The notes below the pieces were generated by a model. That model searched no databases. It saw only the letters and a list, made by a program, of their open reading frames with translations, and was not told where the DNA came from. A stretch of 49,201 nt of DNA from Gaiellaceae bacterium (lineage in GTDB: Bacteria > Actinomycetota > Thermoleophilia > Gaiellales > Gaiellaceae), in the NCBI GenBank assembly GCA_050697935.1, contig JBOHAY010000054.1:1-49201 (forward strand), read 5' to 3'. How positions within the stretch are numbered: the first letter of the stretch is position 1; each line of letters starts with the position of its first letter. The position numbers and the translations under genes were made by a program. Positions 34,651 through 42,837 of the stretch are shown in pieces.

Positions 34651-36675
34651 TTAACCGGCTGGCCGACCGACAACGAGGGCATCTACTGCGACCGCCCCCG
34701 TGGAGCTGAGGATCAACGGGTTGACGTCGATCGACTCGACCTCGGGGTACGCGATAGCGATCTGGCCGAGCGCGATGAGCGTGCGTGCGACCCCGTCGGC
34801 AAAGTCGTTCACGCCTGTGTCGGCGACCAACTCGCGCGCTGCGTCGAGGTCGAGCGGCGGCACGGTGGCAGTAACATGCGCGAGTTCCTCGACGGCGCCT
34901 CCGCCGGCGCCCACGACCAGCACCGGCCCGTAGTCGGGATCTCGCGTCATGCCGCACAGCACCTCGCTGCCGCGGGCGATCTGCTTCGCGACCAGAACGG
35001 GCCCTCCCAGGTGGCGCGCGGCCTCTGCGGCTTCCTCGGGGGACCTCACGTCCAGCACCACGCCTCCTTCTCGGCTCTTGTGCGCCGGTCCGTCCCGCTT
35101 GACGACCACGGGTGTGCCCAGTTCTCCTGCGGCGCGTGCGGCTTCCTCGGGTCCGGCAGCCCGGCGCCGCGGAGCGAACTCGACACCGAAACGCTCGAGC
35201 ACGAGCGCGGACTCATGCTCGGGCAGCGGGCCGGGTGCGAGAAGGTCGGAGAGATCGTGTGGGACGCCGTCACCCGTCGGCGCTCTCCACGACCGTCTCA
35301 GCGTGACGTTCGCCAATGCTCGCATCGAGTCCTTCGGGCCTCGCAACAGCGGAACGTCGAGCTCACGCGCGAGCTCCTGGAACCGGCGGGAAGGGTCGGC
35401 GCTGTGGACGGTTGTCATCGCGCAGAAGAGGTCGTGCTCGTCGGCGAGGCGGCTGAGCGCGCGTAGCGTCAGCTCGCACCAGCCGTCGTTCGACGCGTCG
35501 CGGAACTGCGAGAGGTCGGCTTGCCCGAGGAGGATGTCGAATGCTCCGGCCTCTGCCATCAGCTCGAGCGAGCGCGGATAGACCTCGCTCTCGTCTGCGA
35601 TACCCCAGGCGTCGAGAGGGTTCCCGGGTGCGATGAAGTTGGGGAAAGCCTCGCTGAGACGCGCCGCAAGCTCACTCGGGAGAGGCGTGAAGGGGATCCC
35701 GGCAGCCTCGGCGTGATCGGCCAGGAGCGCGCACTCGCCGCCCGATTCGGAGATCGCCCCGATTCGCGATCCCGTGGGCCATCGCCGGCGACCGAGGATC
35801 TCGAGCGTCTCCACCAGCTCGTGGAAGTCCCCGACCTCGATGGCGCCGTATCTCCGCAGCACGGCCGAGAACGCCCGCTCCGAGCCGACGAGAGCACCGG
35901 TATGCGAGAGCGCCGCTCGCGCGGCAGCCTCTGAACGGCCGACCTTGAGGCAGGCGACTGGCTTCCCCGCTTCTGCGCACGCGGCGAGGGCGCGCACGAA
36001 CGCGTCGGGTCGGCGAACCGTTTCGAGGAAGAGCCCGATCGCCCGCGTCTCCTCGTCCTCCGCGAAGAACGAGACGAAGTCGGCGGCGTCGGTGACCGCC
36101 TCGGCCCCCGACGAGATCACGCACCGGATGCCGATCCTGCCTCCGAGCGAGAGGAACGCGTCCGCGATCGATCCCGACTGGCAGAGAACGGCGACGTTGC
36201 CTGTCGCTGTCGTCTCAGGTGGAAGGCCGTTCCATGCCGCCGGACCGCCCGGGACGACGACTCCCATGCAGTTCGGCCCAAGGAGCACAGCACCGAGCTC
36301 GCGCGCCCGCGCGGCGAGCCGCTCCGTCGTGGGCTTCGCCGCCGCGCCGGCCTCGGCACCGACGCCAGGCACGACGAACGCTCGGACACCGGCAGCAGCA
36401 GCCTCTTCGAAAGCTTCCTCGACGCGCTCGTGGTTCACCATCAACAGTGCCGCCTCCGGCACCTCGGGTAGCGCGGCGACGCTCGGATAGCAGCGGAGCC
36501 CGGCGACTTCGTCGTGGTTCGGGTTGACACCCCAGGCCTTCATGCCGGTGCGAACGACGGTTTCCACGGCCGCTGGATTTCGTGGTGACGCGCCGACGAC
36601 AGCGAGCGAGCTCGGGAGGACAAGTGCGCGGACGTTGCTCACGGCACCATTCTCGCGGTTAGCATCGCGCGTCAT
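34651..36675 (-). CDS. ADP-forming acyl-CoA/acetate--CoA ligase family protein (CoA-binding + ATP-grasp)
   Basis: LAVVGASPRNPAA...GVNPNHDEVAGLRCYPSVAALPE, LLGPNCMGVV, and a C-terminal ATP-grasp (PVVVKRDGPAHKSREGGV). The start is either the ATG at 36675 or the GTG at 36642. The track start at 36738 is unlikely. Confidence 0.8.
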   Translation of the reverse strand: MTRDANRENGAVSNVRALVLPSSLAVVGASPRNPAAVETVVRTGMKAWGVNPNHDEVAGLRCYPSVAALPEVPEAALLMVNHERVEEAFEEAAAAGVRAFVVPGVGAEAGAAAKPTTERLAARARELGAVLLGPNCMGVVVPGGPAAWNGLPPETTATGNVAVLCQSGSIADAFLSLGGRIGIRCVISSGAEAVTDAADFVSFFAEDEETRAIGLFLETVRRPDAFVRALAACAEAGKPVACLKVGRSEAAARAALSHTGALVGSERAFSAVLRRYGAIEVGDFHELVETLEILGRRRWPTGSRIGAISESGGECALLADHAEAAGIPFTPLPSELAARLSEAFPNFIAPGNPLDAWGIADESEVYPRSLELMAEAGAFDILLGQADLSQFRDASNDGWCELTLRALSRLADEHDLFCAMTTVHSADPSRRFQELARELDVPLLRGPKDSMRALANVTLRRSWRAPTGDGVPHDLSDLLAPGPLPEHESALVLERFGVEFAPRRRAAGPEEAARAAGELGTPVVVKRDGPAHKSREGGVVLDVRSPEEAAEAARHLGGPVLVAKQIARGSEVLCGMTRDPDYGPVLVVGAGGGAVEELAHVTATVPPLDLDAARELVADTGVNDFADGVARTLIALGQIAIAYPEVESIDVNPLILSSTGAVAVDALVVGRPAG

Positions 36676-37075
36676 GGCGCACGAGAAGCGGGTCGAGATC
36701 CGGTGGAGCGATGTCGACGCATACCTGCACGTCAACAACGCGGTCTACGCGACGTTCCTCGAGGAGTGCCGCGACGAGTGGGTCGACCGCGCGCTCGAGG
36801 GTGTCAGCGACACCTGGGACTTCGTTCTCGCCCGCGTGGCCATCGACTTCAGACGCGAGCTGCGCCTCGAGGACGAGGAGGTCGTGGTCTCGTGCGGCCT
36901 TGCGCGGGTGGGCAACTCGAGCGTCACGCTTCGTGAGCAGATCCGCACGCGCGAGGGCGAGCTGTCCGCCGAAGCCGAGGCTGTGCTCGTCGCGCGCGAT
37001 CGAACGGCGGGACGCTCGCGTCTCCTGACCGATGGCGAGCGGGCAGCGTTCGAGCGTGTTCTCGAGCCTTCGTAG
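36674..37075 (+). CDS. Acyl-CoA thioesterase, hotdog fold (YbgC/4HBT type)
   Basis: The ATG at 36674 is within track ORF 36524..37075. MAHEKRVEIRWSDVDAYLHVNNAVYATFLEECRDEW. Confidence 0.75.
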   Translation: MAHEKRVEIRWSDVDAYLHVNNAVYATFLEECRDEWVDRALEGVSDTWDFVLARVAIDFRRELRLEDEEVVVSCGLARVGNSSVTLREQIRTREGELSAEAEAVLVARDRTAGRSRLLTDGERAAFERVLEPS

Positions 37076-39005
37076 CCCCCTCCGGCTCGGGCCGGTCGAG
37101 ATCCCGAACCGGATCGTCTCGACCGCACACCAGACCACGCTCGTCCACGAGCATCTGCCGACGGACGACTTCGTCGCCTACCACGATGCCCGCGCGCGCG
37201 GCGGCGTCGGGCTCATCGTGCTCGAAGCGACGGCCGTCGACGAGAGCGGACTTCTGACTTCGCACACGCTCGGCGGGTATCTGCCCGAGATCGTGGACGG
37301 CTACCGGCGGGTCGCGGCAGCGGTCAAGCCGCACGGGACGAGGCTCTTCGTCCAGATCTTCCATGGCGGGCGAGAGCAGATCGCGACCGCTCCGCGGCCG
37401 CCCGCACTTGCGCCCTCGCCTGTTCCAAGCCCACGGTTTCGCACGGAACCTCGCGCCGCGCGTCCCGCCGACCTCGAGCGCATCGTCGATGGGTACGCGC
37501 GCTCCGCGGCACTTGCCGCCGAAGCGGGTCTCGACGGGGTCGAGGTCTCGGCCGCTCACCGGTACCTGATCGAGCAGTTCTTCGACCCAGGGCTCAACCT
37601 ACGAACGGACGAATGGGTGGACGGACGCCGCCTGCTCGAAGCAGTTCTTCGCGCAATCCGCGAGGCTGCGCCCGAGCTTTGTCTCGGCGTGCGGGTCTCG
37701 GGAGACTCGGAGCGCGGGCTCGCGATCGCAGAGGCAGCCGCGGCGGAGGGCGTGGACTACGTCTCGGTCGCTCTTGGCGATTCTTCGACCTATCTCGGGT
37801 CGGTGGGAATCGTGCCGCCGCCGCCGTTGGCAGAGGATGCAGTCGCGGCGCACGTCGGGCGCTTCCGTCTGGGTCCGCCGCTCGTCGCGACCTCGCGCAT
37901 CGTCGACCCCGAGCACGCCGACCGGTTGATCGACGACGGGCTCGTCGACGCGGTCGGGATGACACGCGCGTTGATCGCGGACCCCCAGCTTCCGACAAAG
38001 GCGGGTGCGGGTCGCCGCATCCTGCGCTGCATCGGCTGCAACACCTGTATCGCGCACTACCACGCGGGAACAGGGATCGCCTGTGCGGTCAACCCGCGCA
38101 CGGGCCGCGAGGTCACGCTGCCGGTCGTTCCAGCTGCGTCCATCACACGCCGCCTGGTCGTAGTCGGCGGCGGCCCAGCCGGGCTCGCAGCCGCTGTCGA
38201 AGCGGCAGAAACCGGGCATGACGTCGTGCTGCTCGAGCGGTCCGATCGGCTCGGCGGGCAGATGGCGTTGACGCATGCCGCGCCGGGTACCGCCGAGATC
38301 GGCCGGCAGCTCGTCGCCCTCTTCGAGGGGCGCCTCACCGACGCTGACGTCGACGTCCGCCTCGGGACCGAGGCCGACCCAGCGACGGTCGGCGCCTTCG
38401 AGCCCGACGCCGTCGTGGTCGCCACGGGCGCGCGTCCGTACACGCCCGATGTCGTGCTCGCTGGTGTCGAGGTAGTGCAGTCCTGGGACGTTCTCAACGC
38501 GGTGTCTGACACCGGGTCACCTAACCATGCGGGTTTGCGTGCCACTGGTGTCAGACACCGTGGGCTTCGGGTAGTGGTCGCGGACTGGGGTGGCGATCCG
38601 TCGGGGCTCGACGCAGCCGAAGTCCTCGCGCTCGCGGGAAACGACGTGACGCTCGCCGTGGCGTCGGTCGCGGTCGGCGAGGCCGTCCACCAGTACCGGC
38701 GCAACCTCTATCTGCAACGGCTGTATCGGGCGGGGGTGCGCGTTCTCCAGCATCACGCGCTCGCGGGCGCGAGCGGCGGTGAGGTCGAGCTGTCCAACGT
38801 CTTCGCCCCTGAGCTTCGTCTGCATCACGCGGCCGATCTGCTCGTGCTCGCGCAGGGTCGGGTCCCCGACGACGCGCTCGCCCCGGCGCTCGTCGCGGCA
38901 GGTCTCAGGATCGAGGAGGCCGGGGACTGTCTCTCCCCGCGCTCGCTCGAGGAGGCGATCCTCGAGGGAACGCTCGCCATCCGTCGAGCATGTGCGTTTA
39001 CGTAG
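37032..39005 (+). CDS. OYE-like NADH:flavin oxidoreductase + 4Fe-4S + FAD/NAD(P) domains (2,4-dienoyl-CoA reductase FadH / amine dehydrogenase family)
   Basis: 657 aa. LRLGPVEIPNRIVSTAH, GLDGVEVSAAHRYLIEQF, RCIGCNTCIAHYH...ACAVNP (Fe-S cysteines), LVVVGGGPAGLAAA. Alternative GTG start at 37056. Confidence 0.8.
   Translation: MASGQRSSVFSSLRSPLRLGPVEIPNRIVSTAHQTTLVHEHLPTDDFVAYHDARARGGVGLIVLEATAVDESGLLTSHTLGGYLPEIVDGYRRVAAAVKPHGTRLFVQIFHGGREQIATAPRPPALAPSPVPSPRFRTEPRAARPADLERIVDGYARSAALAAEAGLDGVEVSAAHRYLIEQFFDPGLNLRTDEWVDGRRLLEAVLRAIREAAPELCLGVRVSGDSERGLAIAEAAAAEGVDYVSVALGDSSTYLGSVGIVPPPPLAEDAVAAHVGRFRLGPPLVATSRIVDPEHADRLIDDGLVDAVGMTRALIADPQLPTKAGAGRRILRCIGCNTCIAHYHAGTGIACAVNPRTGREVTLPVVPAASITRRLVVVGGGPAGLAAAVEAAETGHDVVLLERSDRLGGQMALTHAAPGTAEIGRQLVALFEGRLTDADVDVRLGTEADPATVGAFEPDAVVVATGARPYTPDVVLAGVEVVQSWDVLNAVSDTGSPNHAGLRATGVRHRGLRVVVADWGGDPSGLDAAEVLALAGNDVTLAVASVAVGEAVHQYRRNLYLQRLYRAGVRVLQHHALAGASGGEVELSNVFAPELRLHHAADLLVLAQGRVPDDALAPALVAAGLRIEEAGDCLSPRSLEEAILEGTLAIRRACAFT
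38500..38560. repeat. Perfect 14-bp inverted repeat with a 33-bp spacer, embedded in frame in the FadH-like CDS
   Basis: cggtgtctgacacc (38500-38513) is the exact reverse complement of ggtgtcagacaccg (38547-38560). The spacer is relatively AT-rich. Confidence 0.9.
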
Positions 39006-39015
39006 GCTCCGCGCG

Positions 39016-40182
39016 ATGATCGTTCCCGAGCTCCCCCCGGAGGTCCAGGCGCTGAAGGAGGCGGTTGGCTGTTTCGTCGAGACCGAGGTGTACCCACTCG
39101 AGGCACGCATCGCCGAGCGAGGATCGATCGACCCCGCCGAGCTCGACGCCCTGCGCCTGAAGGCGCGCGCTGAGGGATTCGCGATGCTGAACATGCCCGC
39201 CGAGGTCGGCGGGAGGGATCTCTCGATGCTCGGTCAGGTGGCACTCGAGGAGGAAACGGGGAAAGCCACGAACGGTCTCGGCTTCGCCGTCGTCGACCGC
39301 GGGCCGCGCGAGCTCTTCGAAATCGCGGCTCCCGAGCAGATCGAGCGCTACATCCTCCCCATCGTGCGCGGCGAGTACCGCGAGGCGTGGGCTCTGACCG
39401 AGCCGGGCGCCGGCTCCGACCTCACCGGCCTCCAGGCAACCGCTGTCCGTGACGGGGACGCGTGGGTGCTGAACGGCGAGAAGTGGTTCGTGACGAGCGA
39501 GGGCGAGCCCGGCGTCTACATCGTGCTCGCAGTCGCCGAGGGCGACCAGGCGCTGTTCCTCGTCGATCCCGACGCTCCGGGTCTCGAGATCCGGCGTACG
39601 CCGAGATTCCTCCACGACCCGTACATCGACCACCACCCCGAGATCGTCTTCACGGACTGCCGCGTCCCGGACGCGAATCGCGTTCCCGCCAGCGGCGATG
39701 CCGGCGCCAAGGAGTGGATCCTCGTCGAGCGACTCTTCATTGCCGCCCGCTGCTGCGGCGCAGCGCTGCGGCTCGTCGATCTCACCTCGGCGTGGGCGCA
39801 GGAGCGCGAGGCGTTTGGGTCGCCAATCGCCGAGTATCAGGGTGTGTCCTTTCCGCTTGCCGACTCGCTCACCGAGCTGCACGCCGCACGCCTCCTCACC
39901 TACCACGCGGCCCACGCGTTCGACACGCTCTCGGATCGGAGCGTCGTCCACGGCAAGGTCGCGATGGCGAAGCTCTACGCCTCCGAGATGGCGGGACGGG
40001 TCGCTGACCGAGCGGTTCAGGCATTCGGCGGGCGTGGCTACATGCTCGAGAATCCAGCTGCGCGGTTCTATCGCGAGCTTCGAGTCGACCGGATCTGGGA
40101 GGGGACGAGCGAGATCCAGCGCTGGGTGATCTCGCGCGGTGTCTTCAAGCGCGGCGCGGCTCCGTATCTCGGCTGGGAGTAA
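39016..40182 (+). CDS. Acyl-CoA dehydrogenase
   Basis: The ATG at 39016 is within track ORF 38779..40182. AWALTEPGAGSDL, NGEKWFVT, FGSPIAEYQGVSFPLAD, QAFGGRGY, RIWEGTSEIQ. Confidence 0.88.
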   Translation: MIVPELPPEVQALKEAVGCFVETEVYPLEARIAERGSIDPAELDALRLKARAEGFAMLNMPAEVGGRDLSMLGQVALEEETGKATNGLGFAVVDRGPRELFEIAAPEQIERYILPIVRGEYREAWALTEPGAGSDLTGLQATAVRDGDAWVLNGEKWFVTSEGEPGVYIVLAVAEGDQALFLVDPDAPGLEIRRTPRFLHDPYIDHHPEIVFTDCRVPDANRVPASGDAGAKEWILVERLFIAARCCGAALRLVDLTSAWAQEREAFGSPIAEYQGVSFPLADSLTELHAARLLTYHAAHAFDTLSDRSVVHGKVAMAKLYASEMAGRVADRAVQAFGGRGYMLENPAARFYRELRVDRIWEGTSEIQRWVISRGVFKRGAAPYLGWE

Positions 40183-40202
40183 CGAAGCGGCGAGGACGGA
40201 GC

Positions 40203-40703
40203 TCAGTCTCCGAGGACGTGTCGTAATCCGCTGAACCAGCGCAACCGCTTCTCCCACGGCACCGCCGCGTTGGCCGGAGACGTCGACGGGAGGACGAAGA
40301 GCAAGGTGGCACCGAGCCTCCGCTGCTGGAGCCCGTGCTCAGGGCGCTCGCGGAAGACTCCCTGGAATGCAGCCTTGCCGACGAAGGCGATGACCCGGGG
40401 GCCGATCTCCTCGGCCATGACCTCGAGACGCTCCCGCGCTCCCGCGAAATCCGCGGCACGCAGGTCGTTCGAGCCGCGAGTAGTCCTCCGTGCCGCGTTC
40501 GTCAGCCCGACACCGAGCGCGAGCAGATCGTGCTGTTCTTGCGGCTCGAAGAGACGTGGCGTGAATCCGGCTGCGTGGAGCAGTCGCCAGAAGTCGTTGC
40601 GCGGGTTCGCGAAGTGCGCGCCGGCCGCGGCGCTCACTCGCCCGGGGTTGATCCCGCAGAAGACGACGCGGAGGTTCGGCCCGAGGACGTCCGGAACGCT
40701 CAG
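40203..40703 (-). CDS. mug: G/U mismatch-specific uracil-DNA glycosylase (family 2 UDG)
   Basis: (L)[41 protein letters not shown]...PSTSPAN lines up with the E. coli Mug N-terminus [20 protein letters not shown] as I remember it. The 5' end is uncertain: the only codon at the homologous start is a CTG at 40703. Confidence 0.7.
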   Translation of the reverse strand: [166 protein letters not shown]

Positions 40704-40888
40704 GCGGCTTCGACGTCGCGCGCGTCCAGCCGAAGCTCGAGCAGCATCCGGAGGCGCTCGCCCACGTCCGATGCCTCGGTTCGGGGGTCGAGTTGGCGCT
40801 GGACCACCTTGACGGTGTCCTCGGTGTAGCGCCAGCCGTAGCAGCGCTCGTAGCACTCCGCCTCGCTGAGCGTCCGGAGTCGCTCCAT
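40700..40888 (-). CDS. Hypothetical 62-aa protein upstream of mug
   Basis: ATG start. Nearly every codon ends in G or C, unlike the overlapping mug-frame reading of the same DNA. No family recognised. Confidence 0.5.
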   Translation of the reverse strand: MERLRTLSEAECYERCYGWRYTEDTVKVVQRQLDPRTEASDVGERLRMLLELRLDARDVEAA

Positions 40889-40939
40889 TCGCTGCGCAGG
40901 CTAGGCCACGGTCCGGACGACGCGGGGTAGGCTCCCGCC

Positions 40940-41356
40940 GTGCCGGCGCGCCCACGGATCCTCGACTTCGACGTCATCGTCGACCGTGCCGGCGACGCGC
41001 GGAGCGCGCTCGGAGGAAGCCCGCTCCCGAGGCAGGTCGAGTGGTGGGCCGAGCATCTCGTCCTCGCCGGCCTCGTTCGCTGCACACTCGCGAGCATGGA
41101 CTATTCGGCGCGGCGCGCAGGACTCAACTCGGCGGGCTCCGGGACAGCACACGGCACCGTCACGAAGCGCGAGGAGGACGGCCTGTACTCCTTCGTCGAC
41201 ATCGAAACGATGCTCGAGGTCGACCTCGCTCCTGCACCGGAGCCCGGTGCGCTTCGGGAGCTTGTCGCCAGGGCCGAGCGCGGCTGCTTCGTATCGAACT
41301 CACTGACGGCGAAGCCCCGTCATCGTTGGATCGTGAACGGCGAGGAGGTCGTGTGA
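40940..41356 (+). CDS. OsmC/Ohr family protein
   Basis: 138 aa. AEHLVLAGLVRCTLAS and ERGCFVSNSL are the two conserved-Cys contexts of OsmC-like peroxiredoxins. Confidence 0.65.
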   Translation: MPARPRILDFDVIVDRAGDARSALGGSPLPRQVEWWAEHLVLAGLVRCTLASMDYSARRAGLNSAGSGTAHGTVTKREEDGLYSFVDIETMLEVDLAPAPEPGALRELVARAERGCFVSNSLTAKPRHRWIVNGEEVV

Positions 41357-42516
41357 GCACTACGGCTTTCGACATCGCATCGGTCCGTGCCCGCTTCTCG
41401 GCGCTCCACCGCCCGCTCGCGTTCTTCGACGGCCCCGGAGGCACGCAGTGCTCGGACGAGGTCATCCACGCGATCTCCGACTACCTGCGAGAGACGAACG
41501 CGAACATCGGTGCGCCCTACGAGACGAGTCGGCGCACCGACCAGCTCGTCGATCGTGCGCACGAACGCGCCGGAGCCTTCCTCGGCTGCTCGGCCGGGGA
41601 GGTCGCCTTCGGGCAGAGCATGACTGCGCTCAACTTCCTGCTGACGCGTGCGTTGGCGCGTACGCTCGAACGGGGCGACGAAGTCGTCGTCACAGCGCTC
41701 GACCACGACGCAAACGTGTCCCCCTGGCTGGAGCTCGCCCACGATCTCGGGATCGTCGTTCGGACGGCAGCGCTGACGGACGAGCTCGAAGTCGACTACG
41801 AGGATCTCGCCGCCAAGCTCTCCGATCGCACGCGCGTCGTGGCGTTTCCCGTTGCTGCCAACTCGGTGGGCACCGCGCCCGACGTGCGCCGAATCGTCTC
41901 GCTCGCGCACGGGGCCGGCGCGCTCGCCTGGGCCGACGCTGTCCACTACGCGCCGCACGGGCCGATCGACGTGGCGGCATGGGACGTGGACGTCCTCCTC
42001 TGCTCGCCGTACAAGTTCTTCGGTCCGCACATGGGGCTCGCGTTCGGGAAGCGCGAGCTGCTCGAGTCCTGGCGCGCGTACAAGGTGAGGCCGGCCGCCG
42101 ACGAGCCGGTCGGTCGTCGCTTCGAGCTCGGCACACTGCAACACGAGCTCCTCGCCGGGTTCGTCGCAGCGGTGGACTACGTCCACTCGCTCGGCTGGGA
42201 CGCGATTCAGGCTCACGAGCATGCGCTCGGAGAGCGGTTCCTGGTCGGGCTCCCGGAGCGGATCGCGCTCTACGGACTTCCGACGATGGCCGGGCGCGTT
42301 CCGACGTTCTGCTTCAACGTCCGAGGGCGGAGTCCCGAAGAGGTCGCGACGTTCCTCGCGGAGCGAGAGATCGCTGTCTGGCACGGTGACTACTACGCCG
42401 TCGAGACAATGCGCTACCTCGGTCTCGACGATGGTGCGGTGCGCGCGGGGATCGTCCACTACAACACCGAGGACGAGGTCGACCGGATGCTCGCCGGGCT
42501 TGCGGAGCTCTCCTAG
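41353..42516 (+). CDS. Class V PLP enzyme, cysteine-desulfurase-like (VC1184/TIGR01976-type)
   Basis: The GTG at 41353 overlaps the OsmC TGA. FFDGPGGTQ, DHDANVSPW, CSPYKFFGPHMG (PLP Lys), RVPTFCFNV, VRAGIVHYNT. WHGDYYA stands where SufS has the catalytic-Cys loop. Confidence 0.7.
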   Translation: MSTTAFDIASVRARFSALHRPLAFFDGPGGTQCSDEVIHAISDYLRETNANIGAPYETSRRTDQLVDRAHERAGAFLGCSAGEVAFGQSMTALNFLLTRALARTLERGDEVVVTALDHDANVSPWLELAHDLGIVVRTAALTDELEVDYEDLAAKLSDRTRVVAFPVAANSVGTAPDVRRIVSLAHGAGALAWADAVHYAPHGPIDVAAWDVDVLLCSPYKFFGPHMGLAFGKRELLESWRAYKVRPAADEPVGRRFELGTLQHELLAGFVAAVDYVHSLGWDAIQAHEHALGERFLVGLPERIALYGLPTMAGRVPTFCFNVRGRSPEEVATFLAEREIAVWHGDYYAVETMRYLGLDDGAVRAGIVHYNTEDEVDRMLAGLAELS

Positions 42517-42519
42517 ACC

Positions 42520-42837
42520 GTGGTGGATAAGGACTACTCCGAGACGCCGCTCTCGCAGAAGCTCGGCGCCAAGCCGGGGGCTGGCGTCGTCGTCTACTTC
42601 ACGACGAGCCGCGCGGATATGGAGCGACGGTTCGATGCACTGAAGGCGGCGCTCGATCCCGCGGACGGGTTCTGGATCGCATGGCCGAAGAAGGCGGCGA
42701 AGATCGAAGGCGATCTCACGTTCGAGACAGTTCAGGAGATCGGCCTCGCGCACGGACTCGTGGACAACAAGTCTTGCTCGATCGACGAGCGCTGGCAGGC
42801 GCTGCGCTTCGTGTATCGGCTCGAGGATCGTCCCTAA
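42520..42837 (+). CDS. DUF3052 domain protein
   Basis: 105 aa. SETPLSQKLGAKPG...WIAWPKKAAKIEGDLTFETVQEIGLAHGLVDNKSCSIDERWQALRF. Confidence 0.65.
   Translation: MVDKDYSETPLSQKLGAKPGAGVVVYFTTSRADMERRFDALKAALDPADGFWIAWPKKAAKIEGDLTFETVQEIGLAHGLVDNKSCSIDERWQALRFVYRLEDRP

Noticed and set aside
33297-34709. 470-aa plus-strand ORF antisense to potD
   Set aside because: It is antisense to a binding-protein gene with a Tat/lipobox signal. No motif is present and the composition is off-frame.
38998-40257. 419-aa minus-strand ORF antisense to the acyl-CoA dehydrogenase gene
   Set aside because: It is antisense to a gene with several ACAD signatures. The composition is Arg/Leu/Glu-rich.
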